This document shows, one piece after another, positions 47,267-58,568 of a DNA stretch of 64,000 bases (the stretch's first letter is position 1; every line of letters begins with the position of its first letter). The notes beneath the pieces were generated by a model. The model ran no database searches. It was not told where the DNA came from and saw only the letters and a program-made list of their open reading frames with translations. Both the position numbers and the translations under genes were made by a program. The DNA comes from Bacteroidales bacterium (GTDB taxonomy: Bacteria > Bacteroidota > Bacteroidia > Bacteroidales > GCA-2711565): the NCBI GenBank assembly GCA_963664245.1, contig OY760934.1, positions 232,242-296,241 of the forward strand, written 5' to 3'.

Positions 47267-49855
47267 TTATTTTTTAATGTTCTTTTTTAGTTCAATTTGG
47301 CGATATATAATATTTGTTAATTCATTTTTATTCACCGGCTTGGGGATATAATCATCAAAACCGGCATCTAATAAACGCTCTTTATCGCCTGTCATTGCAT
47401 AAGCTGTTTGTGCAACAAACGGAACATTTTGGTATTCTCTCCATTTGCTTTTTACTTCATGCATTAATTTAACGCCATCCCAGGGAGCCGGCAAATTAAT
47501 ATCAAACAACATAATGTCAAAGATTTTACCTTCTCTATAAGCTTTTTCAATGATTTCAAGAGTCTCATCGCCATCAACGGCTAAGGAATTGTCCCCGATT
47601 TTATCAAGCATTTTCTTTAATACCAATCGATTCATTCTGTCATCCTCAACAATAAAGATATTAAATTTCTCATTACTCTCTTCAGGAGTTTCCGAAATTA
47701 TTTCTTTTTTAGGCTCTTGGATGCTTTCAGTAATAAGCTCTGTATCGGGTTTTAAGTATATTTTTACAATGGTTCCTTTGCCTTTTTCCGATTCAACAAT
47801 AATATCTCCATTCATCAGATCAAGCAGGCGTTTGGCTAATGGCAGCCCTAGGCCAGCTCCCTGATAGGTTCTTGAATAACCAAGACTTTCCTGGCGGAAT
47901 GCTTCAAAAATATGTTCCAGGTAGGCTTTATCTATTCCTATGCCGGTATCTTTAATCGAAATGCATACCTGTTTTCTTTTTTCATCAAAATCCGTAATTA
48001 CATTGATGAACCCTTTGTCGGTGTATTTAACGGAATTATCAATAACATCGGTAATAATTTTGGTTAAGCTGTTTTCATCAACAATGACATTCGGTATATC
48101 GTTGTATTTAACATTGAATTTTAAACCTTTATCATTAGACTTAAATTTAAAGAGCTCAGCGGTTTTTTCTACGATTTGGTTAACCGAGCAGGAGGTGGGT
48201 TGCATATCGAGATCATTGGCCTCTATTCGGCTAATATCGATGATATTATTGAGCAGACTCAATAAGCGATCGCCACTTTCCTGGATGCCATTGGCATATT
48301 CATACAATTCCTGGTTTTCCATTAAGGATAATTCGGTGAGCAACAGGCTTGAGAAACCAATGATCCCGTTCAACGGGGTTCGGATTTCATGCGACATATT
48401 GGCTAAAAAAGCATTTTTTAAATAATTGGCATCTTCGGCTTTTTTCAATGCTTTTTTTAATTCTGTGTCCAATTCAATCCTTTGGTTTAGCCTTTCTTTT
48501 AGCTCTTTGGTTTGAATTTCAATTTCTTTTTTTAGCTCCTCGTCGAAATTTTTTAATTTCTTATCTGATTCTTTTAAATGTTTTTTTATGGATTGGCTTT
48601 CGTTGAAGTATACCTTGGTTTTTTTCTTATTAATAAAATAAACAACTAAAAGGCCCGTAAACAAGATAACGATGAGTATAATGGTAAGGCCTAAATATAG
48701 ATTTAGCGATTTAATTTGATGTTTTTGATTTTGTTGATCCTGTGCCGAATGAAACAATAGGTCTGTTTTAAGAATATTTTCCCTTAAAGCATACTCTTCT
48801 GATACAATTTGTTTGAGTTTTTTGTTTATCTCATAAGAAAGTTCATAATGTTTATTTTGTGCTGCTGTGGCTTGCGAAAATTGAGAGTTGGCAGTATAAA
48901 TTTTTGATAATAACAAATATAAATCATTGATTAACAAAATTTCATTCTCAGATTTTAATTCTTCCAATGTATTTAAATTCAGATGAATTAATGCTGTTTT
49001 GTATTTTGCTTGCTTATAAAGGTTTTCAGAGAGTCCGTACAAGCATTTTAAATGATGGTGTTCAGATAAATATTGAGTGTATGTTAAGGCATTCTCAAGG
49101 GATTTTTGAGCAGTTTCCAGATCGTTTTTGAGTGTTAAAATATCGGCTTGTAGCAAATAGTCTTTAAATAGTTCTGCTTCTTTTTTTAAGGATTTATGAA
49201 TGATTAAGGCCGATTGTAGAAAAAACAAGGCATCGTCATATTGGCCTTTTAAATAATTGGCTTTGCTAAGCTGGTAAAGGTTATCCGCCGAAAACTCCTG
49301 GTTGTTTGCTTTTTGGGCAAGATCGCGTCCCAATTCAAAACAACTGATTGCCGTATCAATTTCTCCGGTTTTAATGAATAGCTTTCCAATTAGTAATTCT
49401 ATTTCTCCGTAGTTATTGATCTCATCGAGCGTATTTTTTGCAGTCGTATAATAATCTGAGGCTCTTTCGTAAAAAGCTGTTTTGTAGAAAATTTTCCCAA
49501 TAGATTTTGAAGACAGGTGAGCATTTTTTTGATCTTTAATCAAGTTTGCTTTTTTATTACATTCAAGAAAATGTTTAAGCGAATAATTATAATTTTTATT
49601 TACAAGATAATAGTTTCCAAGAGCTAGGTTTGATTTTATAATAAGCTCCTTATCTTTCTGATTTTGGGCATAATCGTTAATCAAAAGTAACTGACCTACT
49701 TGTTGTTTTGCAAGGTGCTCCAACGATAAAACAGAATCAATTTTATTGGTTTTTATAAGCGATTCGACAAACGAAAAATCATTTGCCTGAGATGATGCAA
49801 TTAAAGCAATTTGCAGTAATAGTAAATTTAGAAACAAAATAATTTTCTTAGTCAT
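47267..49855 (-). CDS. TPR-repeat membrane sensor hybrid histidine kinase/response regulator
   Basis: Signal sequence, TPR-like periplasmic repeats, one TM helix, coiled-coil, H-box [10 protein letters not shown], HATPase, C-terminal REC. Confidence 0.8.
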   Translation of the reverse strand: MTKKIILFLNLLLLQIALIASSQANDFSFVESLIKTNKIDSVLSLEHLAKQQVGQLLLINDYAQNQKDKELIIKSNLALGNYYLVNKNYNYSLKHFLECNKKANLIKDQKNAHLSSKSIGKIFYKTAFYERASDYYTTAKNTLDEINNYGEIELLIGKLFIKTGEIDTAISCFELGRDLAQKANNQEFSADNLYQLSKANYLKGQYDDALFFLQSALIIHKSLKKEAELFKDYLLQADILTLKNDLETAQKSLENALTYTQYLSEHHHLKCLYGLSENLYKQAKYKTALIHLNLNTLEELKSENEILLINDLYLLLSKIYTANSQFSQATAAQNKHYELSYEINKKLKQIVSEEYALRENILKTDLLFHSAQDQQNQKHQIKSLNLYLGLTIILIVILFTGLLVVYFINKKKTKVYFNESQSIKKHLKESDKKLKNFDEELKKEIEIQTKELKERLNQRIELDTELKKALKKAEDANYLKNAFLANMSHEIRTPLNGIIGFSSLLLTELSLMENQELYEYANGIQESGDRLLSLLNNIIDISRIEANDLDMQPTSCSVNQIVEKTAELFKFKSNDKGLKFNVKYNDIPNVIVDENSLTKIITDVIDNSVKYTDKGFINVITDFDEKRKQVCISIKDTGIGIDKAYLEHIFEAFRQESLGYSRTYQGAGLGLPLAKRLLDLMNGDIIVESEKGKGTIVKIYLKPDTELITESIQEPKKEIISETPEESNEKFNIFIVEDDRMNRLVLKKMLDKIGDNSLAVDGDETLEIIEKAYREGKIFDIMLFDINLPAPWDGVKLMHEVKSKWREYQNVPFVAQTAYAMTGDKERLLDAGFDDYIPKPVNKNELTNIIYRQIELKKNIKK

Positions 49856-49860
49856 AGTAA

Positions 49861-50670
49861 TTAGTCTTTATAGGCCACAAATAAAATTTCTTTTTGATTA
49901 ATGGCATATTTTTCAGCTTCAAGTAAGTTCATATATTCTACTGGATCAAATTGTTTTACTCTAAATCCGGCCTTTTCAAGACGTTTGGGGTAATCTTGGC
50001 CATAAATCCTGACATGGTCAAATTGTCCGAAATGTTTTTCACGTTCTTTTGGATCGGTAATGGAAGAATCTTCATAGGTTTTGTTTAGAACCTTGGATAT
50101 GGGAACCTGGAGAATTGCCCAACCTCCGGGGCGTAAAATACGGTACAGTTCGCTCATGGCTTTGTGGTCATCAATAATGTGTTCCAACACATGATTACAA
50201 AAGATGACATCGAAGGATTTATCTTCAAATTTTAAATCGGTAATATCAATGATTGAAATGTCTTTTGAATAATAAAAACCTTCATGATATTTTACACCGG
50301 CCTGATAATTTATATTATCCAGTTTTGACAAAAAGGCTTTTAAGCTGCCGGAAGGAGCCACATGAATAACATCCAGTTTATCCGTAAATATATTTGAATA
50401 ATTTTGCAAATACAATAAAATCAAACGATCTCTGTCGGTTGAATAGCAACGTGGACAAACACAGTTTTTTCTTCGTCCGGCGCCAATTATTTCCTTTTCA
50501 TAAATTACAGGAAGATCAAACCCTCCGGCTAGCAATTTTCTAAAACTGTTTTTACAGAAAGGGCATTTGTATTTATACCCAAAATAATAGAAGGTTTGAG
50601 TGCGTTGCCATAAACCCCGCAATTTTTTTCCAATGAAAAAAGGAATGAATTTTTTGATCTTAGATCTCAT
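49861..50670 (-). CDS. Class I SAM-dependent methyltransferase with N-terminal Cys4 element
   Basis: CPFC ... CPRC pairs, followed by a methyltransferase fold ([21 protein letters not shown]). Confidence 0.75.
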   Translation of the reverse strand: MRSKIKKFIPFFIGKKLRGLWQRTQTFYYFGYKYKCPFCKNSFRKLLAGGFDLPVIYEKEIIGAGRRKNCVCPRCYSTDRDRLILLYLQNYSNIFTDKLDVIHVAPSGSLKAFLSKLDNINYQAGVKYHEGFYYSKDISIIDITDLKFEDKSFDVIFCNHVLEHIIDDHKAMSELYRILRPGGWAILQVPISKVLNKTYEDSSITDPKEREKHFGQFDHVRIYGQDYPKRLEKAGFRVKQFDPVEYMNLLEAEKYAINQKEILFVAYKD

Positions 50671-50680
50671 AGTAATTTCT

Positions 50681-52333
50681 TTATATAAATACCACCTTCT
50701 TAGTAATTGTACCGTATTTACTTTCTAATTTAAGAAAATATATACCTGAAGGCAAACTATTCTTTTGAATATCAAATGTATGAGGCCCCTTACTTTGTTT
50801 CTGTTCAAAGAATATCCTTACAATTTTACCTTGCAAATCAATGAGCAATAATCTGATGTTCAATGTTTCATTAAGTTCATACGTGAGCGTTGTCCAGGTA
50901 TTAATCGGATTTGGTACAATCACATATTTATTAATCCATTTTTTGGTAAGAAGGTTACCCTCCCCAATACCTATTGTTGGATCTTGCGATTCGTAAGCAC
51001 CAATATCAAAAGCTTCTTTAAACGGACGGGGTCTATTTTCAATATCAAAAGTTAAATTCAAGCTGATCAAATCCAAACCAGTATTAACTGCCGGAGAGAG
51101 TCCATCCAGGTCATAATTATCGTTAGCAGCATCAATGAACTGAACGTTGGATGTTAAGTTTGTTAAATAGTTGTTGGATTGTTGATAATTGATTAAAATA
51201 TTAATATTCATGTAAGAGCTGGAACCTAAAATACTGTACGAAGAAGGTTCGCAAATAATATTATTGTATAATTTATAAGAGCTGATAGCAGTATTGGTAA
51301 GTTTGATTCCATGCGTTTTAGGCGAGACAATCGTGTTGTTATAGATAAACATTTCGCTGCCTGCATCGGTTGAAACATTTCCTACCCAGATGCCGTGTTT
51401 CTGATTGTTGGTAGGACCTCCACTTGGTAAGTAGCTCATGCCGGGGCGGACAATCAAATTGTTATAAATCTTATGGTTTCCTAAACCGAGAATATCTATG
51501 CCGTCTCCTTTACCGTCAAAAATTTTATTATTATAGCAATCACATTCTGTTCCGCCACCAATTAAAATCCCGCTCATTTGATTAGTGGTTTCACGATAAC
51601 TGTCGTTTCGGATGATGTTGTCGTGAATCGAGCAATCTTTGGTTGCCGAGCTTACCTGTATGCCGTCCCAGCCCGTGTTCTCGACAATATTGTTATATAC
51701 TTCAACACCTTCGATAACATGGGGGAGAAGCGTTCCGCAACCTGCTACTTCTTGTCCCGTATATTTCGAGCTGCCAATATACATCCCTTCGTCGGCAATG
51801 TCATGAAAATAACAATCGTGGATTTTTATGTCGTACATGGTAAATTGATCCCGGGTTGCCCCGTTATCGCAGGTTGGGTCGGTTTTAACATAAATCCCGG
51901 CAATAGGAATGTTGCCGATTTCTACCCGTTCCATTTCAAAATTGGTACTCAGGTTGTCTACCGAAACACCAGTACCATAAGTAACCCCGGCTATTTGAAT
52001 CCCGTATTGGTTTGTGCTGCTTCCCGAACCTGTAAGCTTTATAAAAGAACAGTTTTGAAATTTAATTCCGTAATAACCATAATCATCGGCTGTAATTGCA
52101 ACCTGGCCGCCTTCGTTAATTATTGTAACCGGGTTTCCTTCAGAACCATGAATATTTCTGAATAATAAATAATCGCGCTGGCCTGAAGTCAGCTTAATAA
52201 CATCACCGGGAGCGGCAGATAAATCATCTCCATCCACGAGGTTGGTGGTAAGGCCTACGGTATGTGTAGCTGCAAAAGAATGATGAGCAATTGTAATAGT
52301 AAAAAAGAGTAATATGAGTGTTCTTTTAATCAT
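50681..52333 (-). CDS. Secreted right-handed parallel beta-helix protein with T9SS C-terminal sorting domain
   Basis: Signal peptide, repeated N-rich beta-helix turns (YNNIV, HDNII, YNNKI, YNNLI, YNNTI, YNNII). The C-terminal ~80 aa end ...GIYFLKLESKYGTITKKVVFI. Confidence 0.7.
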   Translation of the reverse strand: MIKRTLILLFFTITIAHHSFAATHTVGLTTNLVDGDDLSAAPGDVIKLTSGQRDYLLFRNIHGSEGNPVTIINEGGQVAITADDYGYYGIKFQNCSFIKLTGSGSSTNQYGIQIAGVTYGTGVSVDNLSTNFEMERVEIGNIPIAGIYVKTDPTCDNGATRDQFTMYDIKIHDCYFHDIADEGMYIGSSKYTGQEVAGCGTLLPHVIEGVEVYNNIVENTGWDGIQVSSATKDCSIHDNIIRNDSYRETTNQMSGILIGGGTECDCYNNKIFDGKGDGIDILGLGNHKIYNNLIVRPGMSYLPSGGPTNNQKHGIWVGNVSTDAGSEMFIYNNTIVSPKTHGIKLTNTAISSYKLYNNIICEPSSYSILGSSSYMNINILINYQQSNNYLTNLTSNVQFIDAANDNYDLDGLSPAVNTGLDLISLNLTFDIENRPRPFKEAFDIGAYESQDPTIGIGEGNLLTKKWINKYVIVPNPINTWTTLTYELNETLNIRLLLIDLQGKIVRIFFEQKQSKGPHTFDIQKNSLPSGIYFLKLESKYGTITKKVVFI

Positions 52334-52342
52334 AAAAAGTTT

Positions 52343-53539
52343 TTATTTTCCGCGTTTTGCCCGTTCCCAGTTTACGGTTTGTTTTCCTTTTAAGAACCGT
52401 TTAAAGCCTAAGAAAACCGAAAGGTTCATAATAAAAAAGTAATAGGGGATGAACAATAGTTTAATTTTGATTTCTTTGTTTTCGAAATACCAGCCCAGCA
52501 GAGCAAGCACATAAAATGCAATTTGCCCGTAAAGCAAGTAAGTAAACAGGTCGTTGAAATTATCGAAACCCAAATTAAATGTAATTATTGCGTTCAGGAT
52601 CAATAATAATGGTAAGGCCAAAGGAGCCAGGGTCCATCGTAAAACCCGGTGCGAGATGTACTGAAATGAGAGCAGCCCGTATTTAAAAATATTTAATAAA
52701 GAAGCCAGGCGGATGATGGACTGGATTCCTCCGGCCGAAATACGGATTTTACGTTTTAGCTCTTCTTTTACGTTTGCCGAAGATGTTTCAATGGCATAAG
52801 CTTCGGGGTCGTACTGAATGGTATAACCTTTCATTGCAACCCTCAGCGAAATAATAAAATCGTCTAAGAGGGTATCTTTTTCAACGTGTTGGAACAATTC
52901 GGTTCGGATGGCAAAAAGCTCACCGGCAGCACCAACCACCGAATATAACTCGGCATCCCATTTTTTCAGGGTTGATTCGTATTTCCAGTAAATTCCTTCG
53001 GTTCCGGCAGCGGTATCTTTATCTTTTTGGTAAATGCGCTTTTCGCCGGAAACGCAGCCCACTTTCGGGTCGCTGAAAAGGTTTACAATGCGGCGGATCG
53101 ATTCTTTGCCAAGCATGGTGTTCCCATCGGAGAAAATAACGATGGGCGATTTTACGAACTGCATCCCGCGGTTCATGGCTCCGATTTTTCCTCCGCGGGC
53201 ATCTTCGTGGTAAGCTTCCACGCCTTTATCGGCATACTCGCGTAAAATATCGGGAGTGCCGTCGTCAGAACCGTCGGTAACCCACACCTGGTGTACTTTT
53301 TCTTTTGGATATTCCAGACTGAATGAGTTTTGGATTTTTTCCCTGACATAATCTTTTTCGTTATATGCTGCTACAAACAGCGTAACTTCAGGTTCGTAAT
53401 CAGGAGTGATTTGTTTTTTCCGGCCAAGTTTAAAAACCCGTTTTAATTTTACCAAGATGTACAACACAATTCCATAACCCAAATAGGCATAAAAAACAAT
53501 AAATAACAGAACCCAAAAAATAATTTTCAGAATATCCAT
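52343..53539 (-). CDS. Glycosyltransferase family 2 (membrane-anchored)
   Basis: GT-A core VTLFVAAYNE ... DGSDDGT ... FSDGN. C-terminal TM helices. Confidence 0.8.
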   Translation of the reverse strand: MDILKIIFWVLLFIVFYAYLGYGIVLYILVKLKRVFKLGRKKQITPDYEPEVTLFVAAYNEKDYVREKIQNSFSLEYPKEKVHQVWVTDGSDDGTPDILREYADKGVEAYHEDARGGKIGAMNRGMQFVKSPIVIFSDGNTMLGKESIRRIVNLFSDPKVGCVSGEKRIYQKDKDTAAGTEGIYWKYESTLKKWDAELYSVVGAAGELFAIRTELFQHVEKDTLLDDFIISLRVAMKGYTIQYDPEAYAIETSSANVKEELKRKIRISAGGIQSIIRLASLLNIFKYGLLSFQYISHRVLRWTLAPLALPLLLILNAIITFNLGFDNFNDLFTYLLYGQIAFYVLALLGWYFENKEIKIKLLFIPYYFFIMNLSVFLGFKRFLKGKQTVNWERAKRGK

Positions 53540-53551
53540 AATAAAGTATTT

Positions 53552-54373
53552 TTAATTAATTTTTTTCGCGTAAAGATTAAACGGATCAATCCTTTTGTAT
53601 TCAAAATTCCCTAATTGGTTAAGGATTGATTTAATTTCGTTGATCCCAACGTGCTTGCTTTCAACAATGATTACTAGCTCTTTAATTGATTTGATAAAAT
53701 TTTGCATTCCTTTAATAACGTTAACTTCCATTCCTTCTACATCAATAATAAATAAAACAGAAGATACTTTTTTTAGCTGGGGAAGATCAAGTTTATCAAA
53801 TTCTTTAATGACCGCTTTTTTGCTTGTTGTTTTTAAGTATGTTTTGTATTTGCTTGTTGCCCCGGTATTGTACGAATTGTAATTAAAATCAATTTCTTCT
53901 TCTTTATCGCCTAATGCATAAGGGTATACCGTTACTTTATCCTCAACATCGTTAATGTTTATATTTTTCCGCAAGGCTTTTATGTTTTCTTCAATGGGCT
54001 CAAAAGCAATGGTCGGGATATTGTTTTTAGCAGCTACAATACTGTACAGCCCAATGTTTGCGCCAATATCAATCACAACATCTGCCTTGTGGAGTTCTTT
54101 TAAAAAGAGCTTATAAACAGCTTTCTCGTAGGTTTTGCTGGCCATCTTAAAATCAACGGTGTTTTTTCGGATAAACAATTTCCCGAAATGGGTATTTACC
54201 ACCATATCTTTCGAGTTTGATCTTTTCATAAAGATGGACTTTATCATAACCCAAATAAGCACAAACTCTTTGTTTCTTATATAATCAATGATGTATGACC
54301 AGATGATAAAAAATTTACGTACATACCAGTATAAACTGGCCTGCCTTTTCAGGTATTTTAAACTTTCTCCCAC
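53552..54373 (-). CDS. FkbM-family methyltransferase
   Basis: VVIDIGANIGLYS and FEPIEEN motifs. Confidence 0.7.
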   Translation of the reverse strand: MGESLKYLKRQASLYWYVRKFFIIWSYIIDYIRNKEFVLIWVMIKSIFMKRSNSKDMVVNTHFGKLFIRKNTVDFKMASKTYEKAVYKLFLKELHKADVVIDIGANIGLYSIVAAKNNIPTIAFEPIEENIKALRKNININDVEDKVTVYPYALGDKEEEIDFNYNSYNTGATSKYKTYLKTTSKKAVIKEFDKLDLPQLKKVSSVLFIIDVEGMEVNVIKGMQNFIKSIKELVIIVESKHVGINEIKSILNQLGNFEYKRIDPFNLYAKKIN

Positions 54374-54978
54374 TTTTTAGTCTCCCAATTGTATTGTTTA
54401 AGAAGTTTTGCCGGATTTCCCGCAACGATTGAATATGGGGGCACATCTTTGGTAACCACACTTCCGGCAGCTACTACCGAATGCTTCCCGATGGTTACGC
54501 CTGCAACGATCACTGCGTTTGCACCAATCCAGGCTTCATCTTCAATTTTTATTTCTGCTGTTGTAACTTTCTGGTTGTGAATAGATATTGAAACATCCTC
54601 GTAGGTATGGTTCAAACCAGAGGCAACAATATTTTGTGCAAACATAACATCATTTCCAACGCTAACCGGCCCGATAAGCGTATTGCTCAACCCAATACGG
54701 GTTCGTTCACCGATTATAATATCTCCAACGCCATTATTAATGGTTGCAAAATCTTCGATGGTTGAATTTTTCCCGAGTTCAAATTTGTTCCAGGGCATCA
54801 CATCCATTCTGGTCATGGCGTTTATTCTCGAACCCTTTCCTTTTTTATGAACCAAGGGGTTTAAAAACCAGCGAACCCATAAGCGTGGACGAGCCTGGTT
54901 TTTAGGCGAAAGTAACCAGATTGTCAGTTTAGCTATTTTGGGGTTGGATTTAATTTTTTCTTTTAAACTCATAGGCAC
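54358..54978 (-). CDS. Hexapeptide-repeat (LbH) acyl/acetyltransferase
   Basis: Hexapeptide repeats IGANAVIVAGVTIGKHSVVAAGSVV. Confidence 0.75.
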   Translation of the reverse strand: MPMSLKEKIKSNPKIAKLTIWLLSPKNQARPRLWVRWFLNPLVHKKGKGSRINAMTRMDVMPWNKFELGKNSTIEDFATINNGVGDIIIGERTRIGLSNTLIGPVSVGNDVMFAQNIVASGLNHTYEDVSISIHNQKVTTAEIKIEDEAWIGANAVIVAGVTIGKHSVVAAGSVVTKDVPPYSIVAGNPAKLLKQYNWETKKWEKV

Positions 54979-54982
54979 AATC

Positions 54983-56176
54983 TTAATTTTCTATTTTCTG
55001 AATCACATCATAAATGGCTTTTACGTTATTTTCCCAGGTATGTTCCCGTGCAAATTGTATTCTTTTTTCTTCCAGTTCTGGGGTATTCTCGTTTAATGCT
55101 TTTTCGATGTTTAAAACATATTCTTCTTTGCTGGAAGCCAGGTAAACATGGTCCTTAAAAACCTGCATGGTTTCGGTTGAAGTTGCTACCGTGGACTTGC
55201 CCATGGCCAGGTATTCGTCAATTTTCCGCGGGTAGTTTCCAATGGTCAGCGGGTTTAAATCCTGCGGGTTCAGGGCTACATCAAAGGCTTTTAAGTAGGA
55301 GGGGAGTTGCTCCATTGGTTTTGAACCTAAAAAATACACGTTTTTAATTTGGTGGAGATTACTGTTTTGAAATTTTTCATCCTCGGGACCAACCAAAACA
55401 ACACTCCATTCGGGTTTGCTTGTCGCGATGTGTCCGATCACTTCGATATCCAGCCTTGAACTCTTTAAAGCCCCAATATAGCCAATAACAGGCTGCTTTA
55501 TTGGTTCTATATCGCTGGGGAGTTCTTTAATCAAATCGTTATTAAACAAAGAAACATCGCAGCCCTGGCCAACATAAAACGAATTAGGATTCATGTTACG
55601 GGCAATGTTTTGCAGGTAAACCGAATTGGCAACCACCAAATCTGATTTTTTCATGACTGCATCCTCGTAAAAAATACCATGGTGCTTGAAAAAATCAGTA
55701 GCCCGCATATTATCGCGGGTGTAATAAACCAGCGTTTTAGGTTTTAAAATCTCTTTAAACAGAAAAGCCCGGTAAAAATCGCTGTCGTTAAAAATGATAA
55801 AATCCTTGAAGCCAAGTTCATCAATGGCCTTCTGAACCTGTTTGGCATAGCGTTTTGAATTTATATTGTTGAAGGAATTAAAAAGCCTGCGGTGCCCGAT
55901 TTTGCTGATCGATTCAAGAATGGTTTTGGGGTTCAGGTTCCATAAATTATCATTGATTTGCTCAATAGCCGGAAGTTGGTTCTTTAATATTTTTTTCCGC
56001 TTGTTAACCAGGGGATCATTTTTTTTACGAAGCAAGGTAAGCCGATCCATGGGGTAATTTACATACAGCACCCGGTTGTGTTTGGCGAATTCATAAGCAA
56101 TATTCACACAATTGCTGCCAATTGTCGAATCGAGGCTTTGCAGGCCATGAACGATAATGTCCCTGTTTTTAATCAT
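54983..56176 (-). CDS. Glycosyltransferase (GT-B, GT4-like), paralog 1
   Basis: Clearly homologous along its whole length to 56169-57398 (MIKNRDIIVHGLQ vs MVENRDIIAFGLQ; IDEYLAMGK in both). The ATG at 56176 was chosen by alignment to the paralog. Confidence 0.75.
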   Translation of the reverse strand: MIKNRDIIVHGLQSLDSTIGSNCVNIAYEFAKHNRVLYVNYPMDRLTLLRKKNDPLVNKRKKILKNQLPAIEQINDNLWNLNPKTILESISKIGHRRLFNSFNNINSKRYAKQVQKAIDELGFKDFIIFNDSDFYRAFLFKEILKPKTLVYYTRDNMRATDFFKHHGIFYEDAVMKKSDLVVANSVYLQNIARNMNPNSFYVGQGCDVSLFNNDLIKELPSDIEPIKQPVIGYIGALKSSRLDIEVIGHIATSKPEWSVVLVGPEDEKFQNSNLHQIKNVYFLGSKPMEQLPSYLKAFDVALNPQDLNPLTIGNYPRKIDEYLAMGKSTVATSTETMQVFKDHVYLASSKEEYVLNIEKALNENTPELEEKRIQFAREHTWENNVKAIYDVIQKIEN

Positions 56177-57398
56177 TTTCAGATTGTTTTTGTTCTTCCT
56201 CAACTTCTAAAATATGATCGTAAATTTTTTGCACAAAATTCTCCCAAGTATGCTCCGAAGCATAAGTGATCCTCTCTTTTTCCAGTTCAGGACTGTTTTC
56301 TTTCAGGGCTTTGTCAATTTCGGTAATGTATTCTTCTTTGGTTGACGGGAGATAGGTGTGATCCTTGAAATAAGCCATGAAGGTTGTTTTGGTTGCTACC
56401 GTGGGCTTGCCCATGGCCAGGTATTCGTCAATTTTCAACGGATAATTAACATCGGTAATTTTATTGACCTTTTGCGGGTTCAAAGCCACATCAAAACCTT
56501 TAATATAGGAAGCCAATTCTTCGGGGTCTTTTCGGCCCAGGAAATAAACATTGCTAAGCTGGTGAAGCTTGCTATTTTTGAAATCTTCATCTTCGGGGCC
56601 AACCAAAACCAAATCGTATTCCGGGCGTTGTTCGGCAATGTGTACAAGCACTTCAATATCCAGACGAATAGTGGTCAGATAACCAACGTAGCCAATAATT
56701 GGCTTTTTATTTTTACGGATTTCCTGTAAATCGGTAGGAATTTCAAGTTTGCCGTCTTTATCGTTATATCTGGTCAAATCACAGCCCTGGCCAATCATGT
56801 ACGAACGTGGGTTGGTTTCGCGGCAATAATCGGCAAAATAATCCGAATTGGCAACAGCAAAGTCAGCCTGTGCAACAATTTGCGGTTGCAAACGGGTACC
56901 GTGCCGCTTGTGGTAATTAACCAGGATTACTGCATCGCGTAACAGGTAGATAAACATCTTAGGTTTTAATAATTTTTTCAGGTAATAGCCTGTAATCATT
57001 GAATTATCATTAAATAAAATAAAGTCCTTAAAGTTTAGCTTTTGAGCGGCTTTCTTGATCTGCTTTGCAAAACGTTTGTCGTTAATCTTGTTAAAATAGT
57101 CGAAAATGCCCGGCGACTTAATCCAGTTGATTGATTCGATAACGGTTCTAGGATAAAGCACCCAAAGGTTATCGTTGTACTGAACCAGGTCGGGTTCTTT
57201 GCCTTTAATAATATTTATTCTTTTTTGAACCTCGGGACGGTTCTTTCCTTTAATTAGTTCGCTGCGTTTTAAGGGCGGGTTTACAAATAAAACCCTGTTT
57301 TTACGTGCCATTTCAAGCACGGTATATTTGTTTGTGAAAGCTATTTTCAGATCCCAGGGTTGTAGTCCAAAGGCAATAATATCTCTGTTTTCTACCAT
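56169..57398 (-). CDS. Glycosyltransferase (GT-B, GT4-like), paralog 2
   Basis: Tandem paralog of 54983-56176. The ATG at 57398 avoids overlap with the upstream gene. Confidence 0.75.
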   Translation of the reverse strand: MVENRDIIAFGLQPWDLKIAFTNKYTVLEMARKNRVLFVNPPLKRSELIKGKNRPEVQKRINIIKGKEPDLVQYNDNLWVLYPRTVIESINWIKSPGIFDYFNKINDKRFAKQIKKAAQKLNFKDFILFNDNSMITGYYLKKLLKPKMFIYLLRDAVILVNYHKRHGTRLQPQIVAQADFAVANSDYFADYCRETNPRSYMIGQGCDLTRYNDKDGKLEIPTDLQEIRKNKKPIIGYVGYLTTIRLDIEVLVHIAEQRPEYDLVLVGPEDEDFKNSKLHQLSNVYFLGRKDPEELASYIKGFDVALNPQKVNKITDVNYPLKIDEYLAMGKPTVATKTTFMAYFKDHTYLPSTKEEYITEIDKALKENSPELEKERITYASEHTWENFVQKIYDHILEVEEEQKQSEND

Positions 57399-57409
57399 TT
57401 TAATAAGAA

Positions 57410-58561
57410 TTAATGGGTTTGAGAATAAATTTCTTCGTACAGTTTTAAAACTTCCTCGGCCATGGTTTTCCATGAAAATTTCTTTGCTTGTTCGAGTCCG
57501 TCTTTTTTCAACTGTTGGCGGTATTTTTCATCGCTGAGTATTTTAATCATCCCTTCCGTAATTTCTTCCGGTTTATACGGGTCAACAATATGAGCTTTTC
57601 CTCCCGAAATTTCAGGCATTGAAGAAGTGTCGGAAGTAATTACCGGGGCTCCGCTTCGCATGGCTTCCAGGATTGGAATACCAAAACTTTCGCGCAACGA
57701 CGGGTATAAAAACAAATTACATAAATTATAAATAGCCGGTAAATCGGTGTTTTTAATGTAGCCGGTTAATTTAATGTGGTTCATTAAATCTTTATTACCT
57801 ATATCCGATAAAATTCCCTCCAGGTAACTTGCTCCAAAATCAAGCATTACCAAAGGAAGTTTTTTATCCGATTGTTTTATATAATTAGAATATGCTTTTA
57901 AAACATTGGGGGTGTTCTTTTTCGGATCGGTATTCCCGAGGAAGAAAATAAATTCATCCGGAAGTCCGTAGAGTTCTTTTACCCGTTTTAGTTCGTTTTG
58001 GTCGTTGATGGGTTGAAAATATTCGCTAACGCCGTTATAAACGGCCACCAGGCGATTGTCTTCTTTCGGGTAACCGAAGAAGTGTTTAATCCGGTCGCGT
58101 TCAAATTTTGATACGGTGATGATTTTTTTGCTTTTCTTCACGTTTCTCGGAACCACGTAGCGGCGATACATGTTTCCCATTTTTTGGTACCAGGTTCCGC
58201 CTTTTTTGAAAATGGCTACACTTTCGAGATAAATAATATCATGGAGCGTAATTATTAACGGAATTTTGGTATTCACAGGAGCCGTATTACTGGTACAGTG
58301 CAGTATGTCGCAACCGGCTTTACGGGCAGCTTTGGGCAATGCAAATTGCTCCCAGGTAGGATAGGGGCCTCCGCCAAGTTCCATGATTTTAAAATTATCT
58401 GTTTCCTGCAAACAGCCTGAATCTTCATCGGGTTTAACAAAAATTACATATTCATTCTTCGTGTCAATTTTTTGCAGATTCTGGATGAGTTCCAGGGCAA
58501 CCATATCCATTCCATGCTTTTTTGTACGGAATAAACGTTGACCTTCAATACCAATTTTCAT
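57410..58561 (-). CDS. Glycosyltransferase family 4
   Basis: ESFGIPILEAMRSGAPVITS GT1/GT4 signature. Confidence 0.85.
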   Translation of the reverse strand: MKIGIEGQRLFRTKKHGMDMVALELIQNLQKIDTKNEYVIFVKPDEDSGCLQETDNFKIMELGGGPYPTWEQFALPKAARKAGCDILHCTSNTAPVNTKIPLIITLHDIIYLESVAIFKKGGTWYQKMGNMYRRYVVPRNVKKSKKIITVSKFERDRIKHFFGYPKEDNRLVAVYNGVSEYFQPINDQNELKRVKELYGLPDEFIFFLGNTDPKKNTPNVLKAYSNYIKQSDKKLPLVMLDFGASYLEGILSDIGNKDLMNHIKLTGYIKNTDLPAIYNLCNLFLYPSLRESFGIPILEAMRSGAPVITSDTSSMPEISGGKAHIVDPYKPEEITEGMIKILSDEKYRQQLKKDGLEQAKKFSWKTMAEEVLKLYEEIYSQTH

Positions 58562-58568
58562 AGTCGTA

